Positions 30,247 to 39,940 of a DNA stretch of 64,000 nucleotides are shown in pieces (the first letter of the stretch is position 1; each line of letters starts with the position of its first letter). Origin of the DNA: Bacillota bacterium. Its GTDB lineage: Bacteria; Bacillota; DTU025. Below the pieces are notes generated by a model, which was not told the origin of the DNA, ran no database searches, and saw only the letters and a list, made by a program, of their open reading frames with translations. The translations under genes and the position numbers were made by a program. The stretch is taken from NCBI GenBank assembly GCA_050951805.1, contig JBMNJT010000003.1:64001-128000 (forward strand). The letters are read 5' to 3'.

Positions 30247-31809
30247 ATGGACTTTGCTGTTGTACGAGGTGTAAGCTATGTCCTTGTTCATGCGCCAAGC
30301 ATGCTTGTGCACATGGGCACGACCCAGACGGTTGAGCGGGAGGCCAACCCGGACTCTGATTACCTGAAAGAGCTCCCCAAGCATTTGCGTTCCTACAGCG
30401 AGTGCATGGCCTACCCTCCGAACCAGACATACATCGGAAACATAACCCCTGATGAACTTGGCAACATTCCTCGGCCGTGGCATGAGAACCCGCTGGCAAA
30501 GGCGAGCCGCGCGGGGGCGCGGGGAGAGATCATGCCTGAGGACGAGTTTTATGCACTCATGAAGATTGTTGACAGTTTTGACCTGGTGGTTCTCGAGGAG
30601 GGTTTCACTGCGCAGGTGGCGGCGGAGCTCTCCAAAGATTCTGTTTGGATCGAGGGCGATCGGGAACGGCTCGGGGCCGGGGCGCCCATAAGCCAGATCG
30701 AGGAGCTTGTCTCCAGTGGCCGGGCTGAAGGACTCTATATTGGCGATAAGTTGGTAGGATGCGTCAAGGCAGCCCATGAGCGCGATAAGAACCTGACTGC
30801 TCACGTGATGGCTGAGAATTTGGCGGCCAAGGCTTCGGGGACGCTTGCACTGAGGCATTTGGTTGCGAAAAGCGGCATCGATGCTGCAGATATCGACTAT
30901 ATTATTGAATGTTCAGAAGAGGCGTGCGGAGACATGAACCAGCGTGGCGGAGGCAACTTCGCCAAGGCCATTGGCGAGATGGCGGGCTGCGTGAACGCTT
31001 CCGGATGCGATGTTCGCGGATTCTGTGCGGCGCCGGCCCATGCCATGGTGAACGCTGCGGGACTCGTGCAGTCGCAAGTATTCAAGAACGTGGCTGTCGT
31101 CGGAGGCGGGGCCACGGCGAAGCTGGGCATGAATGGGAGGGACCACGTCAAGAAGGGCCTTCCTCTGCTAGAGGACGTTCTCGGGGGATTTGCTGTTCTC
31201 GTTTCTGCCAATGACGGGAAAAGCCCCATAATCCGCACTGACGCGGTGGGACGCCACAAGATCGGTTCCGGCTCTTCTCCGCAGGCGGTGATGACCGCCA
31301 TAGTTGTGGACCCCCTGGAACGGGTCGGTCTCAGCTTGAAGGAAGTGGACAAATATTCTGCCGAGATGCAGAATCCGGAGATAACTGAGCCTGCGGGTGC
31401 AGGGGACGTGCCCACATCCAATCTGAAGATGATCGCAGCTCTTGCGGTAAAGAGGGGCGAGATCGCCAGGGGTGATATGGGAACATTCGTGAAAAAGCAT
31501 GGTATGCCCGGGTTCGCTCCTACGCAGGGGCATGTGCCTTCTGGAGTTCCGTCTCTGGGATATCTGTGTGACGAGATCAGTGCCGGTCGAATTGAACGCG
31601 CCCAGATAATCGGAAAGGGCTCTCTCTTCCTGGGCAGAATGACCAATCTCTTTGACGGGATCTCATTCCTTATCCAGAAGAACCCGGGCAAATGCGGTTC
31701 CCGGGATGGGGCTGCTGCAGCGGGGATGGCCGGAGTATCCGAACACGAGCTCCGCAAGATCATGGCAGATGCGTTGCGCGGGGCTGCGCAGACGCTAGTG
31801 GAGTCGTGA
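30247..31809 (+). CDS. grdC: Glycine reductase component C, beta (large) subunit
   Basis: YPPNQTYIGN, ECSEEACGDMNQRGGGN, RGFCA and PTQGH; FabH-like fold. Confidence 0.93.
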   Translation: MDFAVVRGVSYVLVHAPSMLVHMGTTQTVEREANPDSDYLKELPKHLRSYSECMAYPPNQTYIGNITPDELGNIPRPWHENPLAKASRAGARGEIMPEDEFYALMKIVDSFDLVVLEEGFTAQVAAELSKDSVWIEGDRERLGAGAPISQIEELVSSGRAEGLYIGDKLVGCVKAAHERDKNLTAHVMAENLAAKASGTLALRHLVAKSGIDAADIDYIIECSEEACGDMNQRGGGNFAKAIGEMAGCVNASGCDVRGFCAAPAHAMVNAAGLVQSQVFKNVAVVGGGATAKLGMNGRDHVKKGLPLLEDVLGGFAVLVSANDGKSPIIRTDAVGRHKIGSGSSPQAVMTAIVVDPLERVGLSLKEVDKYSAEMQNPEITEPAGAGDVPTSNLKMIAALAVKRGEIARGDMGTFVKKHGMPGFAPTQGHVPSGVPSLGYLCDEISAGRIERAQIIGKGSLFLGRMTNLFDGISFLIQKNPGKCGSRDGAAAAGMAGVSEHELRKIMADALRGAAQTLVES

Positions 31810-31810
31810 G

Positions 31811-33049
31811 GTGGCTGCCATGACTGATGATGCTAAAAGAAGAATAGCTGAACTCTTTGAGAAACTTGCCGATGCTCTCGAGAGCGGAGCGGACCTTGCC
31901 GGTTTGGCGGAGGGCGCAGGCGGACGCAGGCCGAGGATCGGCCTGACTGTGCTCGGCAGCGAACACGGGCCCGAAGAGATTATCGACGGGGCCCTACGTG
32001 CGCTGCGTCAATATTCCGACCTGGAAGTGGCTTTGATAGGGCCTTCAGAGTTGGCGGAATCGGTGCGGGGCGTGGCCGGGCTCAGGCTGTACCCGGCGGC
32101 CAGCGAGGAAGAGCAGCATCGCGAGATGGAGCGATTGCTCGATGCCGGCGAGATCGATGCATGTGTCACCATGCACTACAACTTCCCAATAGGCGTCTCC
32201 ACAGTGGGGCGGGTTGTCACCCCAAGTAGGGGACGGGAGATGTTCATAGCCACAACCACTGGCACATCAGGGACAGAGCGCGTCGAAAACATGGTGAAGA
32301 ACGCTGTGTACGGAATCGTAGCGGCGAAAGCCAGCGGGGTGGTTGAGCCTACAGTAGGGGTGCTCAACATAGATGGGGCAAGGCAGGTTGAGAGAGCTTT
32401 GAGAAAGCTATCTGATGCCGGATACCCCATCCAGTTTGCGGAATCGGCGCGGGCTGACGGAGGCGCGGTCATGCGTGGCAACGATCTTTTGATGGCTACT
32501 CCTGACGTGATGGTGTGCGACAGCCTCACAGGCAATCTCTTGATGAAGATCTTCTCGGCCGCAAGCACCGGGGGGGACTACGAAGCGACCGGGTACGGTT
32601 ATGGTCCCGGGATCGGCGAGGGATACGGGCGGATCATCATGATCCTCTCGCGCGCATCGGGCGCGCCAGTGGTGGCTGGAGCGATCAGATACGCGGCTGA
32701 CCTGGTGAAGGGCGGAGTTCACGAGGTGGCCAGGGTTGAATTTGCCGCCGCCCGGAAGGCGGGCTGGCCCGAGATAGGGCTCCCCACCGGAGCGGGAGCT
32801 TCGGCGTCTGCGCCGGCTCAGGGCGACGCGGCTGCTGCCGCTGAGAGTGTAGAGCCGCCGCCGAAGAAAGTCGTCACTTCCGACATTGCGGGAGTGGACA
32901 TCCTTCAGTTGGAAGAAGCTGTGAGCGTTCTGTGGGGCGCGGGGATATATGCCGAGACCGGTATGGGATGCACCGGCCCTGTAATCATGGTAGCAGACGA
33001 AGATAAGGACGCGGCGAGGAAGGCTTTGGAGTCTAGCGGATACCTATAG
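31811..33049 (+). CDS. grdD: Glycine reductase component C, alpha (small) subunit
   Basis: GSEHG, MHYNFPIGVSTVGR and TGMGCTGP catalytic Cys; PlsX-like. Confidence 0.93.
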   Translation: MAAMTDDAKRRIAELFEKLADALESGADLAGLAEGAGGRRPRIGLTVLGSEHGPEEIIDGALRALRQYSDLEVALIGPSELAESVRGVAGLRLYPAASEEEQHREMERLLDAGEIDACVTMHYNFPIGVSTVGRVVTPSRGREMFIATTTGTSGTERVENMVKNAVYGIVAAKASGVVEPTVGVLNIDGARQVERALRKLSDAGYPIQFAESARADGGAVMRGNDLLMATPDVMVCDSLTGNLLMKIFSAASTGGDYEATGYGYGPGIGEGYGRIIMILSRASGAPVVAGAIRYAADLVKGGVHEVARVEFAAARKAGWPEIGLPTGAGASASAPAQGDAAAAAESVEPPPKKVVTSDIAGVDILQLEEAVSVLWGAGIYAETGMGCTGPVIMVADEDKDAARKALESSGYL

Positions 33050-33064
33050 AAGGCCTTTGCAGGC

Positions 33065-33097
33065 GAAGAGGGGCGGGCACAAGATCCGCCCCTCTTC
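33065..33097. terminator. Hairpin ending the grd operon
   Basis: GAAGAGGGGCGG...CCGCCCCTCTTC, 15 bp after the grdD stop. Confidence 0.65.
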
Positions 33098-33307
33098 CAA
33101 TCGATTGAAAGCAGGTAGTACAGACTCCAAGGTCGAGCAAGGCAGAGCTATTTGCTTGTGGTGGTCGGCGATTCTCGACTGTATCAGTTCTTGCTGTGTT
33201 TTGAGTAATATTCTTTGGCGTGAAATTACGGCATAATTCGCAATATCCTCTATTGCGGCGAGGGGTTTGGTGAGCTCGGCGGGTGGGAACCGCACGGGCG
33301 GCGCAGG

Positions 33308-35350
33308 TTATCCGGCAAAAGGCACAGTGAAAAAGAAAGTACTTCCCTGGCCCTGCACGCTGCGCACCCAGATTCGTCCTCCATGTGCCTCAACGAGCTC
33401 TTTACATATGTACAGTCCGAGACCCATCCCTTCTGATCTTTCTCGAGCTTCGGAGGCGCGCCAGTAGCGTTCGAATATGTGGGGCAGCTCGTCTTCGGCA
33501 ATGCCCTGTCCGTGGTCGGTTATGGATATGAGTGCTTGATCATCGGAGTCCTGGTAGCGAGCGGCTTCCACAAGCACTTCTGAATCGCCGGTAGAATACT
33601 TGAAGGCATTGGTGGTCAGGTTCGTCAGGATTCGTTCCAGGCGAACGGGATCGGCGTATACAGGCGGGAGATTCGGTTCAATATCAAGCTTCAGCCTTGT
33701 TGTTTCTGGCGCATCAAGCCAGCGCTCTACACAATCAGACATGAACTTCGCAAGATCGAAAACTTGCCGTTTCAGCGTGATCTTGCCCGACTGAATTCGG
33801 AAGGAATCCGAAAGGTCGGATATCATGATATTCATGTACCTGGCGGACAAGACGATTCCCATGGCATTCTTGCGGACGGTGTCGGGTTTGTCGGCTACGC
33901 GTTCCATCATCTGCGCTCGCGCAAGTATCAGCGTCAGCGGCGAGCGGAGGTCGTGAGAGATGAGCCTGATCATTTCTTCTCGGGTTTTCTCCATTTCATA
34001 CATCCGAGTTATGTCCCGCATGATTATTATGGCAGACGACATTTGGCCCTTTGCGTCCCGCACGATGCCTCCGTTGAAGCTCATGACCCGGTAGGAGCCG
34101 TCTGTGTAGTGCATGATGTAGTGCTGGTCGGCAAGGGTCCCTTCTCTCAAAAGCTTGCAGTAAGGCATTTCCTTCAATGAAACCGCTTCTCCGTCAAGCT
34201 TTTCGAGAGTGATTCCGAACGCGATATCATCCCCATACCTGGACTGGGGCTTTCCAACGTCGAGCATTTCTTCGCACGCACGGTTCGTCAGCATCACGTA
34301 GCCGTTGCGGTCGTACACAACCACTCCGCATTCGAGGCTTTCGAGGAGCGCCTCCATCTGCGCCGCCTTTGCTGTTGCAGCGCGATGCGCTTCTTGCTCA
34401 GCGGCGAGGAGGCGACCGTATTCTGCTATTGCCGCATCGGCGGCGATCGCCATGGCGCACCTTTCAGCTACCAACTCCGCAAACTCGATGTCTTCCTGGG
34501 GCGGCACGTACCCGATCTTCTTGAAGACCGCCGCCATGACCCCTATTGGCCTTCCTACTGTCATGAGCGGAATGCGCAAGTACCCATAGGCGCCGATGGA
34601 GCCGAGCCATCTTGCTTCGCATGCGCTCGCCTGGGGTAAAGATACATAGGCCGAGGCACTCGTCTCGATCCCACATGGCCATTCCTCTGGCGAATCAAAT
34701 GTGATCTCTGAAGGGAGCCAACACAAGGGTTTGGATTCAGCGACGCGCAGGAGGCGGGGGGTGTCTTGATCTAGCAGAAAAGCTGCACAGTAGTCTGCGG
34801 AGATGGCCGCAGAGCATTTGCCGATTCCATCGCCGAGGAACTCGTCAAGACTATAGCCGCGGCTGAGGCTCGATCCGAGGGCGCTGAGGGCTTTTAGTCT
34901 CTTGAGGAGGACAGATTGCTCGGAGACATCTTGGGACAAGATGATTGCGTGGTGCGTGTTGGAGGCCCCGCTCGGTACAGGTTGGCAGGCGATGAGCCAG
35001 TAAGCGTCGGAGCCTCCTTCTTCGGCGCCCGATCGGGCCTTGCACACCGTGACACGATTCTTGGTCTCTATAGCTCGGTCGACCAGGGGTATGATTACAT
35101 TCATCCATTGCTTTGGCAGGACTTCTTCGCACCGGCTTTCTGGAGCCAGAGAATGCGACTTGACTTCTCCGATCATCCTTGCAAAAGTCGAGTTGGCCAT
35201 CTCAAAAATATAACCGGGCATGCGCAAGAGAGCAACGCCCACAGGCAATGAATTGAGGACGAGTTCCGAATCTGATCCATGCAGCATATAGCGAATCTCT
35301 TCTGCGGAAAGCTTGCTTTCTATATCAGCTGAGGAACCGTCTGACACCAT
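33308..35350 (-). CDS. Cytoplasmic PAS-GAF-PAS sensor histidine kinase
   Basis: SHDLRSPL H-box, NLTTNAFKY, DHGQG and GMGLGL; no TM segments. RBS AAGGAG before ATG 35350. Confidence 0.92.
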   Translation of the reverse strand: MVSDGSSADIESKLSAEEIRYMLHGSDSELVLNSLPVGVALLRMPGYIFEMANSTFARMIGEVKSHSLAPESRCEEVLPKQWMNVIIPLVDRAIETKNRVTVCKARSGAEEGGSDAYWLIACQPVPSGASNTHHAIILSQDVSEQSVLLKRLKALSALGSSLSRGYSLDEFLGDGIGKCSAAISADYCAAFLLDQDTPRLLRVAESKPLCWLPSEITFDSPEEWPCGIETSASAYVSLPQASACEARWLGSIGAYGYLRIPLMTVGRPIGVMAAVFKKIGYVPPQEDIEFAELVAERCAMAIAADAAIAEYGRLLAAEQEAHRAATAKAAQMEALLESLECGVVVYDRNGYVMLTNRACEEMLDVGKPQSRYGDDIAFGITLEKLDGEAVSLKEMPYCKLLREGTLADQHYIMHYTDGSYRVMSFNGGIVRDAKGQMSSAIIIMRDITRMYEMEKTREEMIRLISHDLRSPLTLILARAQMMERVADKPDTVRKNAMGIVLSARYMNIMISDLSDSFRIQSGKITLKRQVFDLAKFMSDCVERWLDAPETTRLKLDIEPNLPPVYADPVRLERILTNLTTNAFKYSTGDSEVLVEAARYQDSDDQALISITDHGQGIAEDELPHIFERYWRASEARERSEGMGLGLYICKELVEAHGGRIWVRSVQGQGSTFFFTVPFAG

Positions 35351-35612
35351 ATGCCCAACTCCTTCCCGAAACACAGATAACATATGGAGGCAATGTGAGC
35401 AACAATGGCAGGTTATATATTGTTCAACGGAAATAATAGTTTTCCTTCCAAGAGTATCAATGGTTTGTGTTTTATACCCATATGCACTGTCCGAATGTAC
35501 GGTTGAAGGAACTGACATGGCTAAATGTGTGAGGGGCCGGGGTGCGCAGTGGGTGGGGTTGCCCGGCGTATGGTATCATGACAATGACATTGTGGGATTG
35601 GGGGGACCGGGA

Positions 35613-36536
35613 TTGATAATCAGTGCAAGTAGACGGACGGATATCCCTGCATTCTATGGCGAGTGGTTCATGAACAGGATTCGGGCCGGGTTCTGTCTCG
35701 TCCCCAACCCTTACTGTCCTACACAAGTGTCCATGGTGTCCCTTGCCAAAGATGATGTCGACGCGATCGTCTTCTGGTCGCGCGACCCCAGATCTATGAT
35801 GCCGCACCTTCACGAGCTTGACAACATGGGATATGGTTATCTGTTTCAGTATACGATCAATGGCTATCCTAGACTGCTGGAGCCTAAGATGCCGGACCTA
35901 GGTTCTGCGATTGCCACATTTGTCGAGCTTGCTTCCGTGATCGGCCCCTCCAGGACTTTGTGGAGATATGATCCGATAATCCTGAGCAACATCACACCTC
36001 CTGAATACCACATCAAGATGTTTTCGGAAATCGCTGCGGCTCTTGAAGGAAGCACCACGAGGGTTACGGTGAGTCTGCTCGACCTTTATCGCAAGACGAA
36101 GCGCCGTCTTGAGGAATTGGAAGAGATCTCGCTGTGGGAGACGGAGGTTCCCGGTGCTCCTGGGCAGCTCAAAAGCGATGTGTTGGGTCTTTTTGCCAAG
36201 ATTGCTGCGATTGCCAGAAGTCATGGGATGGTCATCACAAGTTGCGCTGAGCCGTATGACTTGTCTGCATGTGGGATAGGCCATGGAGCGTGTATTGACG
36301 CTGACACGATCCGAGCGGCTTTGGGTGTAGAAGTAAGCAGGCGGAAAGATCCCGGCCAGCGTGGCGAATGCGGATGTGTGGTGAGCCGCGACATAGGCGT
36401 CTATGATACGTGCATGCGCGGATGCGTTTACTGCTACGCTACGGATGGGACGGGGACGGAAAAGGCGCATGACCCGCATGCGCCTGCGCTCAACGGTAGG
36501 GTTTCTTGTACGCGTCAGGCGCGGCTAAGCGGATGA
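35613..36536 (+). CDS. DUF1848 family protein
   Basis: IISASRRTDIPAFY, WRYDPI and C-terminal CGC..SRDIG.Y.TCMRGCVYCYA; TTG start. Confidence 0.9.
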   Translation: MIISASRRTDIPAFYGEWFMNRIRAGFCLVPNPYCPTQVSMVSLAKDDVDAIVFWSRDPRSMMPHLHELDNMGYGYLFQYTINGYPRLLEPKMPDLGSAIATFVELASVIGPSRTLWRYDPIILSNITPPEYHIKMFSEIAAALEGSTTRVTVSLLDLYRKTKRRLEELEEISLWETEVPGAPGQLKSDVLGLFAKIAAIARSHGMVITSCAEPYDLSACGIGHGACIDADTIRAALGVEVSRRKDPGQRGECGCVVSRDIGVYDTCMRGCVYCYATDGTGTEKAHDPHAPALNGRVSCTRQARLSG

Positions 36537-37119
36537 GCCAGTATATCGATACCCCGATTACAGTTGTGCCCAGCAGCATCATGAAGAATCCTTCTTCAAG
36601 TTGCTTTGCTCTGACGCCAGCGAGGGCAAAGAACATGTATGAAAACGCCATGGCCGCAAAAACGATTGCGACCGCTCTCTGTGCGCCGATGGCGAGCGCC
36701 GAGCGGATGGCCGGAGCTGAGTCGGTCAGTGGTTGTTCTGCTTGCGCATCATTCTCTTCCAAGCACGCAGCTTTATCCTCGAAACCCTCCATGAGATCGG
36801 GCGAGACATCCTTTCTCTGATATACAGAATTGATCTGGGCTGTGCCAAGGAAGCAGATGACTCCCAACCCCATGAGGGCGGGCTCAAACCAGGCTACAGG
36901 CCTTTTTTCCATAAGGCTCAAGGCGCATGCGGTTAGCACGCAAGCAGAGCTCCAGCCGAACGGCTTGAAATTTGCTGCTAACGTTCCCCACAAAGAGAGC
37001 GCAAGCGCGGCGGCTGCCGGGATCATTACATAGACTGTAGGCGTGATGCCAACCACGCAGATGACTACCAGGAGACAGAGAAACGCAGGCAACCAGCGAA
37101 GCCAGTCAATCTTTCTCAT
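36490..37119 (-). CDS. Hypothetical membrane protein, last gene of MoxR cluster
   Basis: About 6 hydrophobic segments; ATGA overlap with the DUF58 stop. Confidence 0.65.
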   Translation of the reverse strand: MRKIDWLRWLPAFLCLLVVICVVGITPTVYVMIPAAAALALSLWGTLAANFKPFGWSSACVLTACALSLMEKRPVAWFEPALMGLGVICFLGTAQINSVYQRKDVSPDLMEGFEDKAACLEENDAQAEQPLTDSAPAIRSALAIGAQRAVAIVFAAMAFSYMFFALAGVRAKQLEEGFFMMLLGTTVIGVSIYWLIRLAAPDAYKKPYR

Positions 37120-38441
37120 GCCCATCCTCCCCTCGAAGTGCTTTGCCAAGGGCTCCGCCCTGCAGATCTGAAGCCTTGTCCGCCGAAGTAATGGCTGAGG
37201 CAGGCATCGAGCGAGCCGTTGCCATCCCATTCTGCAACTTGAAGACCGAGCGCCCTGAGCTTCTTCAATTTTGCCTTGTGGTTGAGGCCCCACCATCTTT
37301 TTGCAAGCTGATCTTCGGCAGAGTCCTTGAGCTGATCTTCAATGAATGGTATAGGCGAGACATACAGGACCATTGGATTGCAACCCCGGGCCGCCAGCCC
37401 CACTATCATGTCAATGGCTCTGTCGTCGAGGAGCGGGGTGATGACGAGAACAAGGGATCCCGGCGGCAGGACTGATCTGGGAAGAAGCCTCATGTTGGGC
37501 GCCACAAAACTCTGGACGGCGTAAAGGCGCGCCAGCCTGTCGAGGATCACGTATAGCTGGTTGCGGCCGGGACGCGGCACAGCCCAGTCCACTGCGCCCG
37601 CATATCTCACAATTCCGACCCTGTCCCGGTTCTCCAAAAACCCCATGGCTATGCTGGCGGCTGCGCGCGAGGCGCAGTCGAGGTAAGTTGAGGGGGATGT
37701 TCCCACGTCAGCGAGACCGTCTACTACTATGACCACATCGATGTTGCGATCCCTCGTGCTGTCATTGACGTAGAGCTTCCCGAACCTGAGCGTTGCCCGC
37801 CAGTTGACTCGTTTGACGGGGTCGCCTGGCATGGCCGCGCGAATGTCCGATATCTCCAACCCTTCGCCGGGCACTCGCGAAGGACATTCCCCAACGTGCT
37901 GGCGGGATCTGGCTGCCAGGCCCCAGTCGACGCGAATGGGCTCCGGTCGCGGATAGACCAGGCAAGCTTCGCCCGGCCACACGCGGTCGCCGAAGGACTT
38001 CAGCCCTGACCTGGTGTACGAGCGCGAGACTGTGTCCCCCACGTAGAACATGCCCCGCGCCGGCATGTTAACGCGGAATGTAAAATTGCGGATCTCTCCC
38101 GGCCTCATAGAGAGGGAGAGTTGTCTCGAAGAGATCACGTGGTTTTCTTCATCGCACAGGAGGATGTGGGCCTCAAGAAGAGGGATGTCGGATCCAGAAG
38201 AAATCGAGACCTCCAGCAACACCTGTTCGCCTTCGAAGCATCTGTCATGCGAGACATTGACTGAGATGGAGTATTCAGGTTCATCCTGCTCGTATGCAAC
38301 GGCGAAGAGGCCGAACATGAACACGGAAGCGAGCAGCAACAACTCCCAACGGTCCAGGAGTATGCTTGCCAGGACGAGAGCTCCGAAGGAAACTATATAG
38401 ACGTAGCCTTTTTCAGTAAGCCGCGAGCCCATGCCGATCAA
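37116..38441 (-). CDS. DUF58 domain protein
   Basis: GEG.E...IR...PGDPVKRVNWRAT and DRVGIV; follows MoxR. Confidence 0.88.
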   Translation of the reverse strand: MIGMGSRLTEKGYVYIVSFGALVLASILLDRWELLLLASVFMFGLFAVAYEQDEPEYSISVNVSHDRCFEGEQVLLEVSISSGSDIPLLEAHILLCDEENHVISSRQLSLSMRPGEIRNFTFRVNMPARGMFYVGDTVSRSYTRSGLKSFGDRVWPGEACLVYPRPEPIRVDWGLAARSRQHVGECPSRVPGEGLEISDIRAAMPGDPVKRVNWRATLRFGKLYVNDSTRDRNIDVVIVVDGLADVGTSPSTYLDCASRAAASIAMGFLENRDRVGIVRYAGAVDWAVPRPGRNQLYVILDRLARLYAVQSFVAPNMRLLPRSVLPPGSLVLVITPLLDDRAIDMIVGLAARGCNPMVLYVSPIPFIEDQLKDSAEDQLAKRWWGLNHKAKLKKLRALGLQVAEWDGNGSLDACLSHYFGGQGFRSAGRSPWQSTSRGGWA

Positions 38442-38450
38442 CCTCCGCCT

Positions 38451-39431
38451 CTAGTCAACAGCTCTTGCCCAATCAGCGACAGGGACTGGCACCCGATCGA
38501 GTGCGTCCTCCACTATGGATTCGCCCGTAATGCGCTCAGCCCAAAGCTCGGGCCGGAGCAGAATGCGATGGGCGAGGGCGGGGACTGCCACTGCTTTGAC
38601 GTCGTCGGGCACCACGTAGTCTCTTTCGTACATGAGTGCCCGGGCTCTCGCCAGCTTAAACAGAGCCAGGCTGCCTCTGGGCGATGCACCCAGCTGGACT
38701 CTGCGGTCGTTGCGGGTTTCTGTTGTGATGGAGACTATGTAATCTTGGATCTCGGCACTGACATATACATGTTCCACTGCGTTTTGGATCTGCAGAAACT
38801 CGCTTTTCTCGATGGCCTGGTGCGCGACTGCTCTGTCGGTGCGCCGGTCCTGTCTGCGCGAGAGGATCTCGCGCTCTGCTTCGGGGGACGGGTATCCCAG
38901 CCGAAGCCTGGCGATAAATCTGTCTATCTGGGCTTCCGGCAGGGGATAGGTCCCTTCGAATTCGAGGGGGTTTTGGGTGGCTATTACGAGAAAAGGCGGG
39001 TCAAGCACGTAGCTTTGTCCTTCCACAGTAACCTGCCTCTCTTGCATCGCTTCGAGAAGGGCCGACTGGGTTTTTGGAGTGCCCCGGTTCACCTCGTCTG
39101 CGAGGATGAGATTGGCGAATATCGGCCCTGGTTTGAACTTGAAATCCTCACGCCTGGCATCGTATATCGCGCTTCCGGTGATATCTCCCGGGAGAAGATC
39201 GGGCACGAACTGAATTCTCTTGAAGTTCAGGCCAAGAGCTTGGGCGAAGCATTGGGCCGTTAGAGTTTTGGCGACTCCCGGCACGTCTTCCAGGAGAAGG
39301 TGCCCGTCGGCAATCATGCTCATCAGGACAAACTGAAGTTCGTCATCTTTGCCAACGATAACTGCGGATACTGACGAGATGATCTCGTGACATTTTGCGG
39401 ACGCCTGGATTATCATGTCTGAAATGCTCAT
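38451..39431 (-). CDS. moxR: MoxR-family AAA+ ATPase
   Basis: EDVPGVAKT, ADEVNR, ALLEAMQE, ATQNPLE.EGTYPLPEAQIDRF and GASPR. Confidence 0.95.
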   Translation of the reverse strand: MSISDMIIQASAKCHEIISSVSAVIVGKDDELQFVLMSMIADGHLLLEDVPGVAKTLTAQCFAQALGLNFKRIQFVPDLLPGDITGSAIYDARREDFKFKPGPIFANLILADEVNRGTPKTQSALLEAMQERQVTVEGQSYVLDPPFLVIATQNPLEFEGTYPLPEAQIDRFIARLRLGYPSPEAEREILSRRQDRRTDRAVAHQAIEKSEFLQIQNAVEHVYVSAEIQDYIVSITTETRNDRRVQLGASPRGSLALFKLARARALMYERDYVVPDDVKAVAVPALAHRILLRPELWAERITGESIVEDALDRVPVPVADWARAVD

Positions 39432-39934
39432 AGCAACTCCTCCATCACATCAAGGACTGAAGATATGTCATCAGGCGTCATGCGTTCTCCGTTGCCACGG
39501 TAGCCGCCTTTGACATGTTCGATTACATCGACTGGGGCCTCTTGTTCTTCTAAGAAGCGGACCATGTAGCGGCTTCGGCCCTGAGAAAGCCTGACTTTCC
39601 GGCGGAAGGCGTCGAATTGGGGGCAGACTGCAGGGGAGGATGCGCGCCGCTTGCGCCATGGCGCCCAAGAGTCAACCCATTCCCAGAAGTTGAACTGCGT
39701 TACCAGCCATGGCATGGGATTCTCCCGCCCTTGTTTTGCTCCTTGCCATGCCCGGAGGCAGGCGATGTAGAGGCAGCCTACCCCGGAAATCTTGGGGACC
39801 AGGGGGCGTTTGTGCGGAGACATCAGCAGGTAGAGCGCTATTGAAAAGACGGCAAAGGCCGCAAGCGTCAGAATCATCTCCACAAAAGAAACGAGTTCTT
39901 TCTGTCTGATATCCTCATCGAACCTGGAAGACAT
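39428..39934 (-). CDS. Hypothetical membrane protein
   Basis: Two TM segments; 4-bp overlap with moxR. Confidence 0.65.
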   Translation of the reverse strand: MSSRFDEDIRQKELVSFVEMILTLAAFAVFSIALYLLMSPHKRPLVPKISGVGCLYIACLRAWQGAKQGRENPMPWLVTQFNFWEWVDSWAPWRKRRASSPAVCPQFDAFRRKVRLSQGRSRYMVRFLEEQEAPVDVIEHVKGGYRGNGERMTPDDISSVLDVMEELL

Positions 39935-39940
39935 GGATGA

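Noticed and set aside
30897-31763. 288-aa antisense ORF within grdC
   Set aside because: Antisense shadow typical of GC-rich coding sequence.
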